64,000 bases of DNA, taken from the NCBI GenBank assembly GCA_964535715.1, contig CAZHUO010000003.1, forward strand, positions 256-64,255, given 5' to 3'. This document shows, piece after piece, positions 1 to 9,658 of the stretch; the first letter of the stretch is position 1; the number at the start of each line of letters is the position of its first letter. Origin of the DNA: an uncultured Gammaproteobacteria bacterium. Its GTDB lineage: Bacteria; Patescibacteriota; Patescibacteriia; Buchananbacterales; UBA6539. The translations under genes and the position numbers were made by a program. The notes beneath the pieces are model-generated. The model was not told the origin of the DNA and did not search any database. It was given only the letters and a program-made list of their open reading frames with translations.

Positions 1-36
1 GCCGTAAAGCTACACGTCAGGCGCATTGCCATTGAG

Positions 37-906
37 ATGTTGAATCTCTTGATCAACCATGATTTGTTGTTCTGGTTGGTTGGGGTGATCAACAAGAGGA
101 TTGACCTGATCGAATCCGTATTCCTGGTCTATCCGGCGAATGAGAAATATGCGCTGGCGTATGTGTACCCATGTCGTCTACCAAAGGTAAAGTGGAATCC
201 CATCCCCGGCGGACTGTTGTGGCAAAACGGTAAGTTGACCGTAATGTTCATGATCTCCGCCACTAATGGCCAATTCACTGATCCGCAGAATACGGAAAAT
301 CTCCGTCGAATGTCCGATCGAATGGAAAGACTGCGCCGGTTGTTTGGTGCCAGAAGAAAGACATTCGCCGGAATCGTACCCGGAGTTCTGTGTTCAAGGA
401 GAATCATTAGAGAAGCTCCGGAAGCGGATTTAACCGCCCAGGCGGTTCGCCAGGCAATCGATTCGGTGAAAGCCGAAGAGTCACTTGGCGACGAGGTGCC
501 GATCATTGTTCTTGGAGGCAGAGGTTTCATTGGCCGTCGGGTGGTTAAACTGCTTGAAACCTCAAACGTCTTCAGCATTGATTCGTCAGACGGTCAGGGC
601 AGCAAGGATTGGCCAGACCACCTTCACGGACGGCGAGTCATCGTGATCAACATCACTCTCAATAATGCCCTTAAGGATTACCTTGACGTAATCTGGCCGG
701 GTACGGTGGTGATTAACGAGGTCTATCCTGAACCGAACTCGGCTATTCTGGAGAGGCTGAAGAACAACGGCTGCAGTTGCTATCACGTGGTTGGTGTCGG
801 TGCCAACTCCATTCCGTCTTTCCCGGCGGCTTATCATGGAGCGATTCCTTGTTGTGCGGCTTGGCCTTCGCCAGAAATGAAGGTCGTCGTGCGAAGAATC
901 GTTTGA
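37..906 (+). CDS. GC-rich Rossmann-fold NAD(P)-binding oxidoreductase-like protein. The frame is open back to base 1, so it may be 5'-partial.
   Basis: GxGxxG motif (VLGGRGFIGRRVVKLL). About 48-50% GC against ~32% for the rest of the window. A strong intrinsic terminator follows. Confidence 0.45.
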   Translation: MLNLLINHDLLFWLVGVINKRIDLIESVFLVYPANEKYALAYVYPCRLPKVKWNPIPGGLLWQNGKLTVMFMISATNGQFTDPQNTENLRRMSDRMERLRRLFGARRKTFAGIVPGVLCSRRIIREAPEADLTAQAVRQAIDSVKAEESLGDEVPIIVLGGRGFIGRRVVKLLETSNVFSIDSSDGQGSKDWPDHLHGRRVIVINITLNNALKDYLDVIWPGTVVINEVYPEPNSAILERLKNNGCSCYHVVGVGANSIPSFPAAYHGAIPCCAAWPSPEMKVVVRRIV

Positions 907-945
907 CGGGCGGGTGTCTTTTCGAAGATGCCCGTCTTTTTTATT
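905..945 (+). terminator. Rho-independent terminator
   Basis: GACGGGC...GCCCGTC hairpin followed by TTTTTTATT. Confidence 0.7.
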
Positions 946-949
946 AATT

Positions 950-966
950 TAAAATGTTGTATAATA
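950..966 (+). promoter_or_regulatory. Extended -10 promoter (TGnTATAAT) for the histidine kinase
   Basis: tgttgtataat lies about 20 nt upstream of the ATG at 985. Confidence 0.4.
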
Positions 967-984
967 AGGATATATTAGTAAAAT

Positions 985-3315
985 ATGAGCATACTTTTTG
1001 ATAAAATTAACATTTTATTGCTAATTACCGCTTCATTAAATTTTTTCTTAGGGTTTATTATTTTTTTTAATGGCCGTAACAAAAAGATTAATATTGTTTA
1101 TACTTTAAATATTGTAACAATTATCAGCTGGGTTTTAGGGATGGTTTTATACCGCTCAGCTCCTTTAGAAACAAGCCTATTTTGGTGTACCATTTTATAT
1201 ATTGCACCAACCTTGATTGCCGGCAGTTTCTTATATTTTACTTATATCTTTCCAACAAAAATCGATCAAAATGTTCCCCTGAAGAGTGCCGTGATATTTT
1301 TGATAAATGCAATAATTATAATAATGTTAGCATGGCCTGGGTTGATCATTAAAGCGGTTAACATTAATCCTGGATTTGAAAAAGAAATTATATTTACCAA
1401 AGTTTATTGGTTTTATTTTTTATATATTGCCGGATTTTTTTCTTATGGTTTTCAAAGGCTATTTTTGCGGTATTTAAAGAGTGCCGGGATAGAGCGCCTG
1501 CAAATTCTTTATTTTTTATTGGGATATGCCATAGCTTCCAATTTAGCATTTGTGACTAATTTGATAATGCCATGGATAGGTTATTTCTTTTTGAATTGGC
1601 TCGGTCAAGTATTTACAGTGGCTATGGTTGGATTTACTACATATGCCATTCTTCGTTATCGCCTGATGGATATTCGTATTGTCGCTAGGAAACTTTTTAT
1701 TTATATTGGAATTGCCGGCTTTACTTACGGCATTTTTTATTTTTTGATCTGGGTTTATAACCATGCGTTTGGAAGTGTATTTTCTTCAGCTTCATATATC
1801 ACTGGTTTGGTTGTGGCTCCACTCTTTGTTTTGGCATTTTATAGTTTGGATAGATATTTAAAGATTTTTGCAAACAAATATCTTTTTGTTTCTCTGTATA
1901 ATTATCAAGATACTATAAGTAAACTAACCAACAAACTGAATTATTATATTGATCTTAATGAAATTATAGACTTGATTGTTGATACTATCAAAAAAACAAT
2001 GCAATTAGATCGTGCTGGTGTTTTATTGGTTAATTCACAAACAAATCCGACTAAATATCAAATTGCCAAAGTGATTGGTTTTAATCGTCAAAACGGTATT
2101 TCATTGGTTCAAGATAATTTTCTTACAAAGTATTTGTCCAAAACACAGAAACTATTGGTTAGAGATGAACTTAATTTTTTAGCTAGAAATTTTAAAACCA
2201 TTGAGGAAAAACAAAATTTTGAGAAACTGTATGATCATATGAAGCATATTGAAGCGTCTATATGCCTACCCTTAATGAGCAATAAGAAATTGATTGGCAT
2301 TATCGTCTTAGGGTCAAAAGTATCAGGTGATGCCTACAGCAAGGAAGATTTGGAATTACTAAATACACTTGCCAATCAGGCCGGTATTGCCGTTGACAAT
2401 GCCAGACTTTACAAAGAGGTTCAGGATTTCAGTAAAACTTTAAAGCAAAAAGTTAATGAGCAGACCAAAGAAATTAAAACCCAAAGCAAAGATATTGAGG
2501 AAAAAAACAATTACCTTCAGGAATTACTTAACATGAAAACCGATTTTTTGCGGGTAGTAAACCATCAATTAAATACGCCTTTGGCGGTAATGAAAGGTTA
2601 TTTTTCCATGATGGAAGAAGGATCGTATCCGAAAGAAAAAGCGATGAAATCGGTCAAAGGCGGGTTGGAAAGAATCAGTTCAACGGTGTCCGACTTCTGG
2701 GATGCCTATGAGCTTGAAGGCGAAAGAATGAATATGGAGCCGCAAAAAACCGATATCACCGAAATCGTCAACCATTTGATTCCGGAAAAGCAGAAGCTGC
2801 AGTTGGCTCAGGAAAGAAATTTGGAAGTATCGGTTAAAAAGCCGGATTTTTCCGCCAGAGGCGGATCCGCCTTTGGCGGAAAAATACCCATTGTTTGGTG
2901 CGACTACAAAAAAACCGCTCATGTGATTTCCAACCTTTTGGATAATGCCGTTTATTATACCCGCAAAGGTTCGGTTACTCTTTCATATGAAATGGCAGGT
3001 AAAGATTATTTGAAAATTAATATCAAAGACACCGGAGTGGGCATATCAGAAGAAGGCAAAAAAAAGCTTTTTCAGAAATTCTCCCGCGGGCAAAACGCCA
3101 CCGATCTTCGGCCTGACGGTTCTGGACTTGGACTTTTTATTGCCAAAAAAATCGTAGAGGGAAACAACGGGGAAATATCTTGTTTCAGCGAAGGCATAAA
3201 TAAGGGTTCAACTTTCAGCTTTACATTACCCGTTTATAAAAATCAACAATCAATCGCAGGACAGGAAAAGCCGGTTACCAGAGAAAAAAAGATTGTCATA
3301 TTTGACCAAGATTAA
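985..3315 (+). CDS. Membrane sensor histidine kinase with a multi-TM N-terminus and GAF, HisKA and HATPase_c domains
   Basis: About 8 hydrophobic helices in the first 300 aa. HisKA H-box (VNHQLNTPLAVMKGY). HATPase N, G1 and G2 boxes (NLLDNAVYYT, DTGVGI, GSGLGL). Confidence 0.85.
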   Translation: MSILFDKINILLLITASLNFFLGFIIFFNGRNKKINIVYTLNIVTIISWVLGMVLYRSAPLETSLFWCTILYIAPTLIAGSFLYFTYIFPTKIDQNVPLKSAVIFLINAIIIIMLAWPGLIIKAVNINPGFEKEIIFTKVYWFYFLYIAGFFSYGFQRLFLRYLKSAGIERLQILYFLLGYAIASNLAFVTNLIMPWIGYFFLNWLGQVFTVAMVGFTTYAILRYRLMDIRIVARKLFIYIGIAGFTYGIFYFLIWVYNHAFGSVFSSASYITGLVVAPLFVLAFYSLDRYLKIFANKYLFVSLYNYQDTISKLTNKLNYYIDLNEIIDLIVDTIKKTMQLDRAGVLLVNSQTNPTKYQIAKVIGFNRQNGISLVQDNFLTKYLSKTQKLLVRDELNFLARNFKTIEEKQNFEKLYDHMKHIEASICLPLMSNKKLIGIIVLGSKVSGDAYSKEDLELLNTLANQAGIAVDNARLYKEVQDFSKTLKQKVNEQTKEIKTQSKDIEEKNNYLQELLNMKTDFLRVVNHQLNTPLAVMKGYFSMMEEGSYPKEKAMKSVKGGLERISSTVSDFWDAYELEGERMNMEPQKTDITEIVNHLIPEKQKLQLAQERNLEVSVKKPDFSARGGSAFGGKIPIVWCDYKKTAHVISNLLDNAVYYTRKGSVTLSYEMAGKDYLKINIKDTGVGISEEGKKKLFQKFSRGQNATDLRPDGSGLGLFIAKKIVEGNNGEISCFSEGINKGSTFSFTLPVYKNQQSIAGQEKPVTREKKIVIFDQD

Positions 3316-3334
3316 TTAATTTCTAAATAAATAT

Positions 3335-3778
3335 ATGAAACCCACTAACATAATGAAATCAGACAAAGGCCGGATCCTTTTGGTTGAAGACGAACAGGGC
3401 TTGGTTGATATTTACCATGATTTTTTACTGAACAACGGCTATGATTTTTTATCTACCAAAAATATTGAAGAAGCTTTGATGCTAACCGAGTTTGAACAGC
3501 CAGATTTGGTTTTGCTTGATATCATTATCCCCAAGCCGGAAAACACGATTGCCGAACAGGGCTGGGAATACTTGGAGGCGGTAAAAAAGAATCCTAAGAC
3601 CAAGGACATTCCAATTGTAATTTTCACCAATCTTGATACCCACCGAGACAGGGTAAGAAGCCAAGAAATGGGCGCAGTGGCTTATATTTTCAAAAGAGAC
3701 TGTACGCCAAGAGAAGTGATGGAGGCAATTGACAAAATAATTAAAAAGGATACAGAGAATAAAAAGAAGAAAAAGTAG
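3335..3778 (+). CDS. Stand-alone response regulator receiver (CheY-like) with a Lys-rich tail
   Basis: ILLVEDE ... LVLLDIIIP ... T/K receiver motifs. No output domain. Confidence 0.8.
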   Translation: MKPTNIMKSDKGRILLVEDEQGLVDIYHDFLLNNGYDFLSTKNIEEALMLTEFEQPDLVLLDIIIPKPENTIAEQGWEYLEAVKKNPKTKDIPIVIFTNLDTHRDRVRSQEMGAVAYIFKRDCTPREVMEAIDKIIKKDTENKKKKK

Positions 3779-3833
3779 TTTGACGGTACAGTCTATTTTT
3801 ATTAAAATAAAAGCACAATTAACAAATCAACAC

Positions 3834-3864
3834 AGCGCGCCATTTTTTGCGCGTTTTATTTTAA
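3834..3864 (+). terminator. Intrinsic terminator after the receiver
   Basis: GCGCGCC-atttttt-GCGCG hairpin followed by TTTTATTTT. Confidence 0.5.
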
Positions 3865-3958
3865 CAATTGACGGTTCGAGGAATAAAGAGTATATTAATA
3901 TGATGCTTTTTCCTGGTTTATTTTCTAGTATAATTGATTTAATTTTTAATAATTTACA

Positions 3959-5191
3959 ATGACTCAAGTGAATAAAAAAGGTAATGTTTTAATGGGTGCT
4001 CAATTTTGGGCGTACGGCCCGGCTGGCAAAGCGAATGCCATCGCCCATGAATTAAAAAATTTAGGCATCAGAGTGGATTTTGTTGGTGCCGAAACATCAT
4101 ACCAGCTGTGTAAAGCCTCTGGCCATTTTAATAATTTATATAATTTTAATTCCGGTCCACGTTTGGATAAATTCCCCAATTATCAAGTTGTTGTTTCGGT
4201 TATGGATCCATATCTTGCCTTATGGGCTTACAAGAGGAAACTTCCATTAATTTATGCAGATAGTATGTCATGGTTTTGGCGCTGGAAAGATATAAATTCT
4301 ACTTCTGTTAAAAATTTTTTAGTTCATGTTGAAGATATTGGTTTCAACGAGGGTTGTAAAATATTAGATGAGTTTCAGCCAGATCAACGTCAGCTTTTTG
4401 CCCATTTGATCTCTGATAAGATTTTGGGGCAAGGCAATCCTCAGGTCGTAAGTGAAACGAAAGATAAGGCTTCAAACGCTGGTTCAATGATTGATTTAAA
4501 CTATATTAAGAAGACAAACAGAGATACTTTGTTAATTTCTTTAAGTGGTGGCATCTCGCCAGCCACTGACCTTGAAGCGGCTTTGAAGTATACAAAATTA
4601 ATTATAGATTTATTAGAGAATAGACTTGAAAAGTGGCCTGGTGCTAAACGCTTTGTTATAACTGGTCATCCTTTAGTAATTTCTAAATTCAAAAATTATC
4701 CAAAGATTCTAAAACCGACGGCTCTTTCCCAACCTGATTTTTTGAAAGAATTAAATCGGGCAGTGGCCGTGTTAGTGCCATGCGGATTTACAACCATTTA
4801 CGAATCTTTAGCTTATGGTGCGCCCGTTGCTTTTCTGCCCGAGAATCATAATGGTCATGTTTATGAATATTTAACCATTACTAAGGGTATAGATGATCTA
4901 GGTAAAAAAGAAAAAGTTTTTCCGCATGCGTTATTTTGCATTAAGGACGCTGATTTAAATAAGATTAAACCGATTGAGGAATCAATGGATCTGATAAAGA
5001 ATTATACTAATCAATATTTTAATTCAGCTGATTTTAAAAATTATTATTTGAATAAAGTTGACTGGTGGCTTGATTATTTTAAAAATGCCAGGACGATTTA
5101 TGCCAATCAGAGAAAACAGATTTTGACAACCATCCCCGACTTTCGAGGAGCGGTTAGGGTAGCAAAGGCCGCTGCTAAAATTATTAAATAG
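3959..5191 (+). CDS. GT-B fold glycosyltransferase (GT1/GT28, MurG/UDP-glycosyltransferase-like)
   Basis: Gly-rich N-terminal acceptor-domain loop (GAQFWAYGPAGKANA). The C-terminal donor-domain pattern is ...GHP...PCGFTTIYESLAYGAPVAFLPENHNGHVYE. Confidence 0.55.
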   Translation: MTQVNKKGNVLMGAQFWAYGPAGKANAIAHELKNLGIRVDFVGAETSYQLCKASGHFNNLYNFNSGPRLDKFPNYQVVVSVMDPYLALWAYKRKLPLIYADSMSWFWRWKDINSTSVKNFLVHVEDIGFNEGCKILDEFQPDQRQLFAHLISDKILGQGNPQVVSETKDKASNAGSMIDLNYIKKTNRDTLLISLSGGISPATDLEAALKYTKLIIDLLENRLEKWPGAKRFVITGHPLVISKFKNYPKILKPTALSQPDFLKELNRAVAVLVPCGFTTIYESLAYGAPVAFLPENHNGHVYEYLTITKGIDDLGKKEKVFPHALFCIKDADLNKIKPIEESMDLIKNYTNQYFNSADFKNYYLNKVDWWLDYFKNARTIYANQRKQILTTIPDFRGAVRVAKAAAKIIK

Positions 5192-5192
5192 T

Positions 5193-6152
5193 ATGAAAAA
5201 AATATTATATTTAGGTACATCCCAGTTTTCCGAAATGATGAACACCGAAAGGTGGCAGCTTACTAACGGAATGATTAAGACCGAAAGCTTTATCTTTTTT
5301 GATCTAAAACAACGTCAAGAAAAAAATATAGATTTATACAAATTATGGGTCAAAAATAATAGACCCAGTTTTATTATACTGGAAGATTACGATTGGGCTC
5401 ATAAATTAGATTTGCCACTTGAATATATTAACGCGGACAAGGTTCCCGTTCCTGTTTTGGGTTTTATTGCAGATTATTGGTATGATCCGAAAGAGAAGCT
5501 GGAATATTATGTTAAAAATAATATTAAGGGTTTGATTGCGATTCACGAAGCAGCAAATCAGTATATCAATGAAAATTTTGGTCAACAGATCAAAAAGATA
5601 TTTAATATACCATTTTCCATTGATGGAAATGAATTTTCGGATAAACCCAGGCAAAAAGAATATGATATTTTATGTTCTGGCTTTATGGGAGATTTATATC
5701 CATTGCGCCAGAGAATCCGAGACATCTTAAAGCAGAATTCAAAAATTAATACTTATTTTTTAGAACATCCCGGTTACTGGAAAAAAAATGAGAAAGTTGG
5801 CTTACGGGGCAAGGATTATTATGCGGTTATGGAAAAGGCAAAGTTCGTCATCTCAAGTACTGGAATCTATAATATCAGCGCTAGAAAACATATAGAAATA
5901 GTAGCTTCTCGGGCAAAAATACTAGGTAATATTACAGGATTTGACGAGCATAAGATTTTTGAAAGTTTTACTTTGCCGCTGGATCGTAAAATGACCGACG
6001 AGCAAATTAACAGCTTAATTGAGGAGGGGGTTAAAAATTGGGGTTGGTCAAGTGAGAATGAGAAAAATAGGCAATTAGTTTTAAATATGCATGATCCTGC
6101 CCTTATAGCAAAATCTCTCACAGATAAATTAGAACAAGATGGTAATGTATGA
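5193..6152 (+). CDS. CgeB-like / glycosyltransferase-family-1-like protein (DUF3880-like)
   Basis: The pattern resembles spore-maturation CgeB-type GT1_2 domains (YDILCSGFMG...R...L, Y..ME.AKFVIS). The assignment is tentative. Confidence 0.35.
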   Translation: MKKILYLGTSQFSEMMNTERWQLTNGMIKTESFIFFDLKQRQEKNIDLYKLWVKNNRPSFIILEDYDWAHKLDLPLEYINADKVPVPVLGFIADYWYDPKEKLEYYVKNNIKGLIAIHEAANQYINENFGQQIKKIFNIPFSIDGNEFSDKPRQKEYDILCSGFMGDLYPLRQRIRDILKQNSKINTYFLEHPGYWKKNEKVGLRGKDYYAVMEKAKFVISSTGIYNISARKHIEIVASRAKILGNITGFDEHKIFESFTLPLDRKMTDEQINSLIEEGVKNWGWSSENEKNRQLVLNMHDPALIAKSLTDKLEQDGNV

Positions 6153-7798
6153 ATAAGCCAGATTTGAAAAAAATTAATGTTGTCATACTGGCTGCTGGTA
6201 AAGGAACCCGGATAAAAAAAGTAGCTTCTGGTACTCCAAAAGCTTTGCTTGAAATCGCCGGCATCCCAGCATTGGTTTTAATAATGAGAAGATTAATAAA
6301 GCAGGGGTTCAGGACATTTACCCTGGTTGTTAATAAGGATAATAAAAAGCAGATCGAAGATGTTGTTAAAAATGCTTTTGCCGGTGTCAACCTTAATTTG
6401 GAAGCCATCATTCAGCCTCAGTCTAAAGGCCCGGCTCACGCTTTTTTCTATGGCCTTAAAAAAGTTAATTTGGATAATGACACGTTGCTTTGCTTGTCGG
6501 ATACATTATTTGATGAAGATTTACCGGTTGGCTATGATTGGGTCGGTACCTCTTTGGCAAAAGGTGTCGGTAAATGGTGCTGGGTAGAAACAACAAATAA
6601 AAAAGTTATTAATTTTTTTGACAAAATCCAACCGCCAAAGCACGTTGAAGAGGTTTTGATTGGCTTGTATTATTTTAATAATTCAAAGTTTGTTTATGAT
6701 GAATTAGCTAAAATTATTAGAAGCAATTCTAAACGAGCCGAGGGGGAGTTTCAGCTTAGCCAGATACTCGATCTTTATAAAAGTAAGCATAATATAAAAT
6801 CTTTTATAGTTAATAGTTGGATTGATTGTGGAACCGAAGAAAATTATTTTAATGCACAAAAAATATATACGAATCATCGTCATTTTAACTCAATCATTAT
6901 CAAAAACGGCAATTCTAATTGTTGCATCGTCAAAAAAGGCAATCAAAATAAAATACAAAATGAAATAGATTGGTTCAATTTGGCTGTTAAGCAGAATAGA
7001 TTAATGGTTCCTAAGATTAGGAAGAACAGCAAGAATTCTTACAAAATGAATTTTATTAATGATCCTCTTTTATCATCTCTGTATTTATATAATCCAATTA
7101 ATATTAATGACTTTTTAAAGATAATAAGGAAGTTATACAGTTTCGCCGTTAAATATCTTTGGCGTGACGGTAAAAAATATAAAGATATTAATATAAAAAA
7201 TGATTGTCAGTTGATGTACGAGAATAAGCCGTTTGAGAGATTAATGGATTGGGAGATGTGGAGGACTTTTAAATCCATTCGGGCGATTAAAATTAATGGT
7301 AAGAATTATAGTAAACTTTATGATTTGTTGTCTAAAGCCTTGAAATTGTCCTCATTAAACAATCATAAGCCCGTGAAGAGCTTGATTCATGGTGATTTTC
7401 ATTTTGGCAATATTTTTTACAACAAAAGAAAACAATCTTTTGTATTCATTGATCCACGCGGTAGATTTGGAAATTCCAGCGGCATGGTAGGCGATATTTA
7501 TTATGATTTAGCCAAGTTGCGCCATTCATATCACGGAATGTATGATGCGATAGTTGAGGGGCTTTATGTTTTAGATAGAAAGTCAAAAGGTAATTTTGTT
7601 TTTAAAGTCGGTCCTGTCCGTAGCCAATATATAAAAAAGATTGATCAATTTATTTCGTCTTCGGGGTTTGATATCAGTGTGGTTAAATCTATAGAATTAG
7701 GAATTTTATTAAGCCTTATTCCATTTCATCAGGAGTCCCAAAATAATCAATTGGCATTTTTTCTGCAAGCAGTTATGTTGGCTCAAGAATTAGTTTAA
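6149..7798 (+). CDS. Bifunctional protein with an N-terminal sugar-phosphate nucleotidyltransferase and a C-terminal APH/choline-kinase-fold kinase (AmgK/MurU-like or LicA/LicC-like fusion)
   Basis: The NTP_transferase G-loop is VVILAAGKGTRIKK....PKALLEIAG. The C-terminal kinase motifs are LIHGDFHFGNIFY and FIDPRGRFG...GDIYYDLAKL (Brenner/APH catalytic loop plus a DFG-like motif). Confidence 0.7.
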   Translation: MNKPDLKKINVVILAAGKGTRIKKVASGTPKALLEIAGIPALVLIMRRLIKQGFRTFTLVVNKDNKKQIEDVVKNAFAGVNLNLEAIIQPQSKGPAHAFFYGLKKVNLDNDTLLCLSDTLFDEDLPVGYDWVGTSLAKGVGKWCWVETTNKKVINFFDKIQPPKHVEEVLIGLYYFNNSKFVYDELAKIIRSNSKRAEGEFQLSQILDLYKSKHNIKSFIVNSWIDCGTEENYFNAQKIYTNHRHFNSIIIKNGNSNCCIVKKGNQNKIQNEIDWFNLAVKQNRLMVPKIRKNSKNSYKMNFINDPLLSSLYLYNPININDFLKIIRKLYSFAVKYLWRDGKKYKDINIKNDCQLMYENKPFERLMDWEMWRTFKSIRAIKINGKNYSKLYDLLSKALKLSSLNNHKPVKSLIHGDFHFGNIFYNKRKQSFVFIDPRGRFGNSSGMVGDIYYDLAKLRHSYHGMYDAIVEGLYVLDRKSKGNFVFKVGPVRSQYIKKIDQFISSSGFDISVVKSIELGILLSLIPFHQESQNNQLAFFLQAVMLAQELV

Positions 7799-7805
7799 TA
7801 ATAAA

Positions 7806-8537
7806 ATGAAAAAAGGGGTAACAATTATTTCATCAACCGCACAAGATATTTTTGTTGATTCAGAAAATAAGGTTGTAAAAAAGAAAAAAGGCGGGCCAGG
7901 TTACTTTATCAGGCAAGCATTGGAAGACAGAAAGGTTCCTTTTAATAATATCAATAAGTGGGACACTAAGATAGAATTATATTTGACCAAGTCCGGAAAA
8001 CCAAACAATAAATTATTTAAGGGTAAGGTTGTAGGAGTAGTGCCTAAATTTAATTTGCCAATAAAACAGATGACGGAATATAGTATTGTTTCAACTATCG
8101 CTAATGAATGGAAATTAAGGGAAATAAAAAATTATAAAGGTAAGTTGTTTCTAGATATCCAGGGTTATGTTCGAGATCCGAAGAAATTTTCAGTTAAAAA
8201 ACAATGGCCTCAAATTTCTTCTTTGGTAGAATATATTTATTGTCTTAAGGGTACAAACCAAGAGGTTAAACTTTTACCTAAAAGTGTTATCAATATTGCT
8301 AAGAAAAAATTATTGATAATAACCGACGGTTCAAATAAAGTAAAGGTGTTCCATGATAATAAGAAGTTTGAATTCAGCATTGTTAAAGTGAACAACCTTT
8401 TCGATTACATTGGTGCGGGTGATACTTTTTTCGGCCATTTTGTTGCCGGCTTATACAAAGGATTTACTATGAATAATTCGGCTAAAATTGCCATTAATAA
8501 GACTAGAATTTTTTTAGAAAATAAATTAACTATTTAA
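7806..8537 (+). CDS. PfkB-family (ribokinase-like) sugar kinase, short form
   Basis: C-terminal GAGDTF anion-hole signature (DYIGAGDTFFGHFVAGL). N-terminal GG-like dinucleotide (KGGPGYF). Confidence 0.6.
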   Translation: MKKGVTIISSTAQDIFVDSENKVVKKKKGGPGYFIRQALEDRKVPFNNINKWDTKIELYLTKSGKPNNKLFKGKVVGVVPKFNLPIKQMTEYSIVSTIANEWKLREIKNYKGKLFLDIQGYVRDPKKFSVKKQWPQISSLVEYIYCLKGTNQEVKLLPKSVINIAKKKLLIITDGSNKVKVFHDNKKFEFSIVKVNNLFDYIGAGDTFFGHFVAGLYKGFTMNNSAKIAINKTRIFLENKLTI

Positions 8538-8549
8538 TTATCAAAAACT

Positions 8550-9203
8550 ATGAAACCATGGCAAGAAAATAGAAAAGAAACTAAGAAATTTTTTCAAAAA
8601 AAACAAAAAGAAGGTTTGTCATTAGGATCATCTCCCTGGACTACGCTAGCAGTTGGTAAGGAATTGCAACAATTAGTAATTGATGGCGTTATCAAGGAGG
8701 GAATGGTCGCTATGGACGTGGGCTGCGGAATTGGCGTAGAGGCAATGTATCTAGCCAAGCAGGGATTAAAAGTTACTGGTCTCGATTTTATACCCAAGAC
8801 TATTGAAACAGCCAAAGAAATGGCTAAGTTAGCTGAAGCGGATGTTGATTTAATCTCTGATGATTTTATCGATATGGATTTAAAAGAATACGAAGGCAAA
8901 TTTGATTTAGTTATTGATCAGGGTTGTTTTCACCATATTCCGGTAGAGGAAAGAATTAACTATGCTGAAAGAGTTTATTCTTTGTTGTCAGATGACGGGA
9001 TATTTTTTTTGCGGGGATTTTCTGATGAGATGTTGCCTTCACCAACTGGCGATGGCCCGATTAGACTGACTTCAGATGCTATTATTCATAGTTTTTATAA
9101 GTTGTTCTTTATTGAGAAACTTTATCGGTTTAGAAATATACCTTTGCCTAATGTGAATAAACCTCAAATTTTTTGGGCTTTTTTAGGTAAGAAGAGGTGT
9201 TAA
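8550..9203 (+). CDS. Class I SAM-dependent methyltransferase
   Basis: Motif I VAMDVGCGIGVEA. Motif post-I VTGLDFIP. Motif II LVIDQGCFHHI. Confidence 0.75.
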   Translation: MKPWQENRKETKKFFQKKQKEGLSLGSSPWTTLAVGKELQQLVIDGVIKEGMVAMDVGCGIGVEAMYLAKQGLKVTGLDFIPKTIETAKEMAKLAEADVDLISDDFIDMDLKEYEGKFDLVIDQGCFHHIPVEERINYAERVYSLLSDDGIFFLRGFSDEMLPSPTGDGPIRLTSDAIIHSFYKLFFIEKLYRFRNIPLPNVNKPQIFWAFLGKKRC

Positions 9204-9658
9204 AATATTTTATGCCAAAATCAAAGACTATAAAAACAAGATCAGGAAAAATTGTTCACTATTCAGTAGGAGCATTAATTAGAAAAAACGGCAAGTATCT
9301 TCTTGTTGATCGAAAAAAACCTCCGTTTGGCTTTGCTGGTATTGCCGGTCATATCGAAGTTAATGAAGATAAGGATATAGCCTTAAAACGTGAAGTAAAG
9401 GAGGAGAGTGGCTTGGATGTAAAAAAATTTAAACTACTTTTTAAAGAGAAGATTGATTGGAATTCGTGTAGTAAGGGTGTAAACAGTCACTTTTGGTATC
9501 TTTATAAATGTGAGGTCGTGGGCAAAGTAAAAGAGAATAAAATGGAGGTTAAATCTATTGGGTGGTATTCAATAAAAGATATTCAAAAATTAAAACTGGA
9601 GAAAGTCTGGGAATATTGGTTTAGGAAAATCAATGTTATAAAAATTAATTATGAATAA
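9197..9658 (+). CDS. NUDIX hydrolase
   Basis: Nudix box GHIEVNEDKDIALKREVKEESGL (GX5EX7REUXEEXGU). Confidence 0.8.
   Translation: MLKYFMPKSKTIKTRSGKIVHYSVGALIRKNGKYLLVDRKKPPFGFAGIAGHIEVNEDKDIALKREVKEESGLDVKKFKLLFKEKIDWNSCSKGVNSHFWYLYKCEVVGKVKENKMEVKSIGWYSIKDIQKLKLEKVWEYWFRKINVIKINYE

Noticed and set aside
129-837. Minus-strand ORFs 129-578 and 586-837
   Set aside because: They are antisense to the GC-rich plus ORF. They show no motifs and are typical high-GC antisense open frames.
3780-3962. 60-aa plus ORF in the kinase/operon intergenic region
   Set aside because: It spans a terminator hairpin and a -35/-10 promoter. It has no RBS and low-complexity composition.
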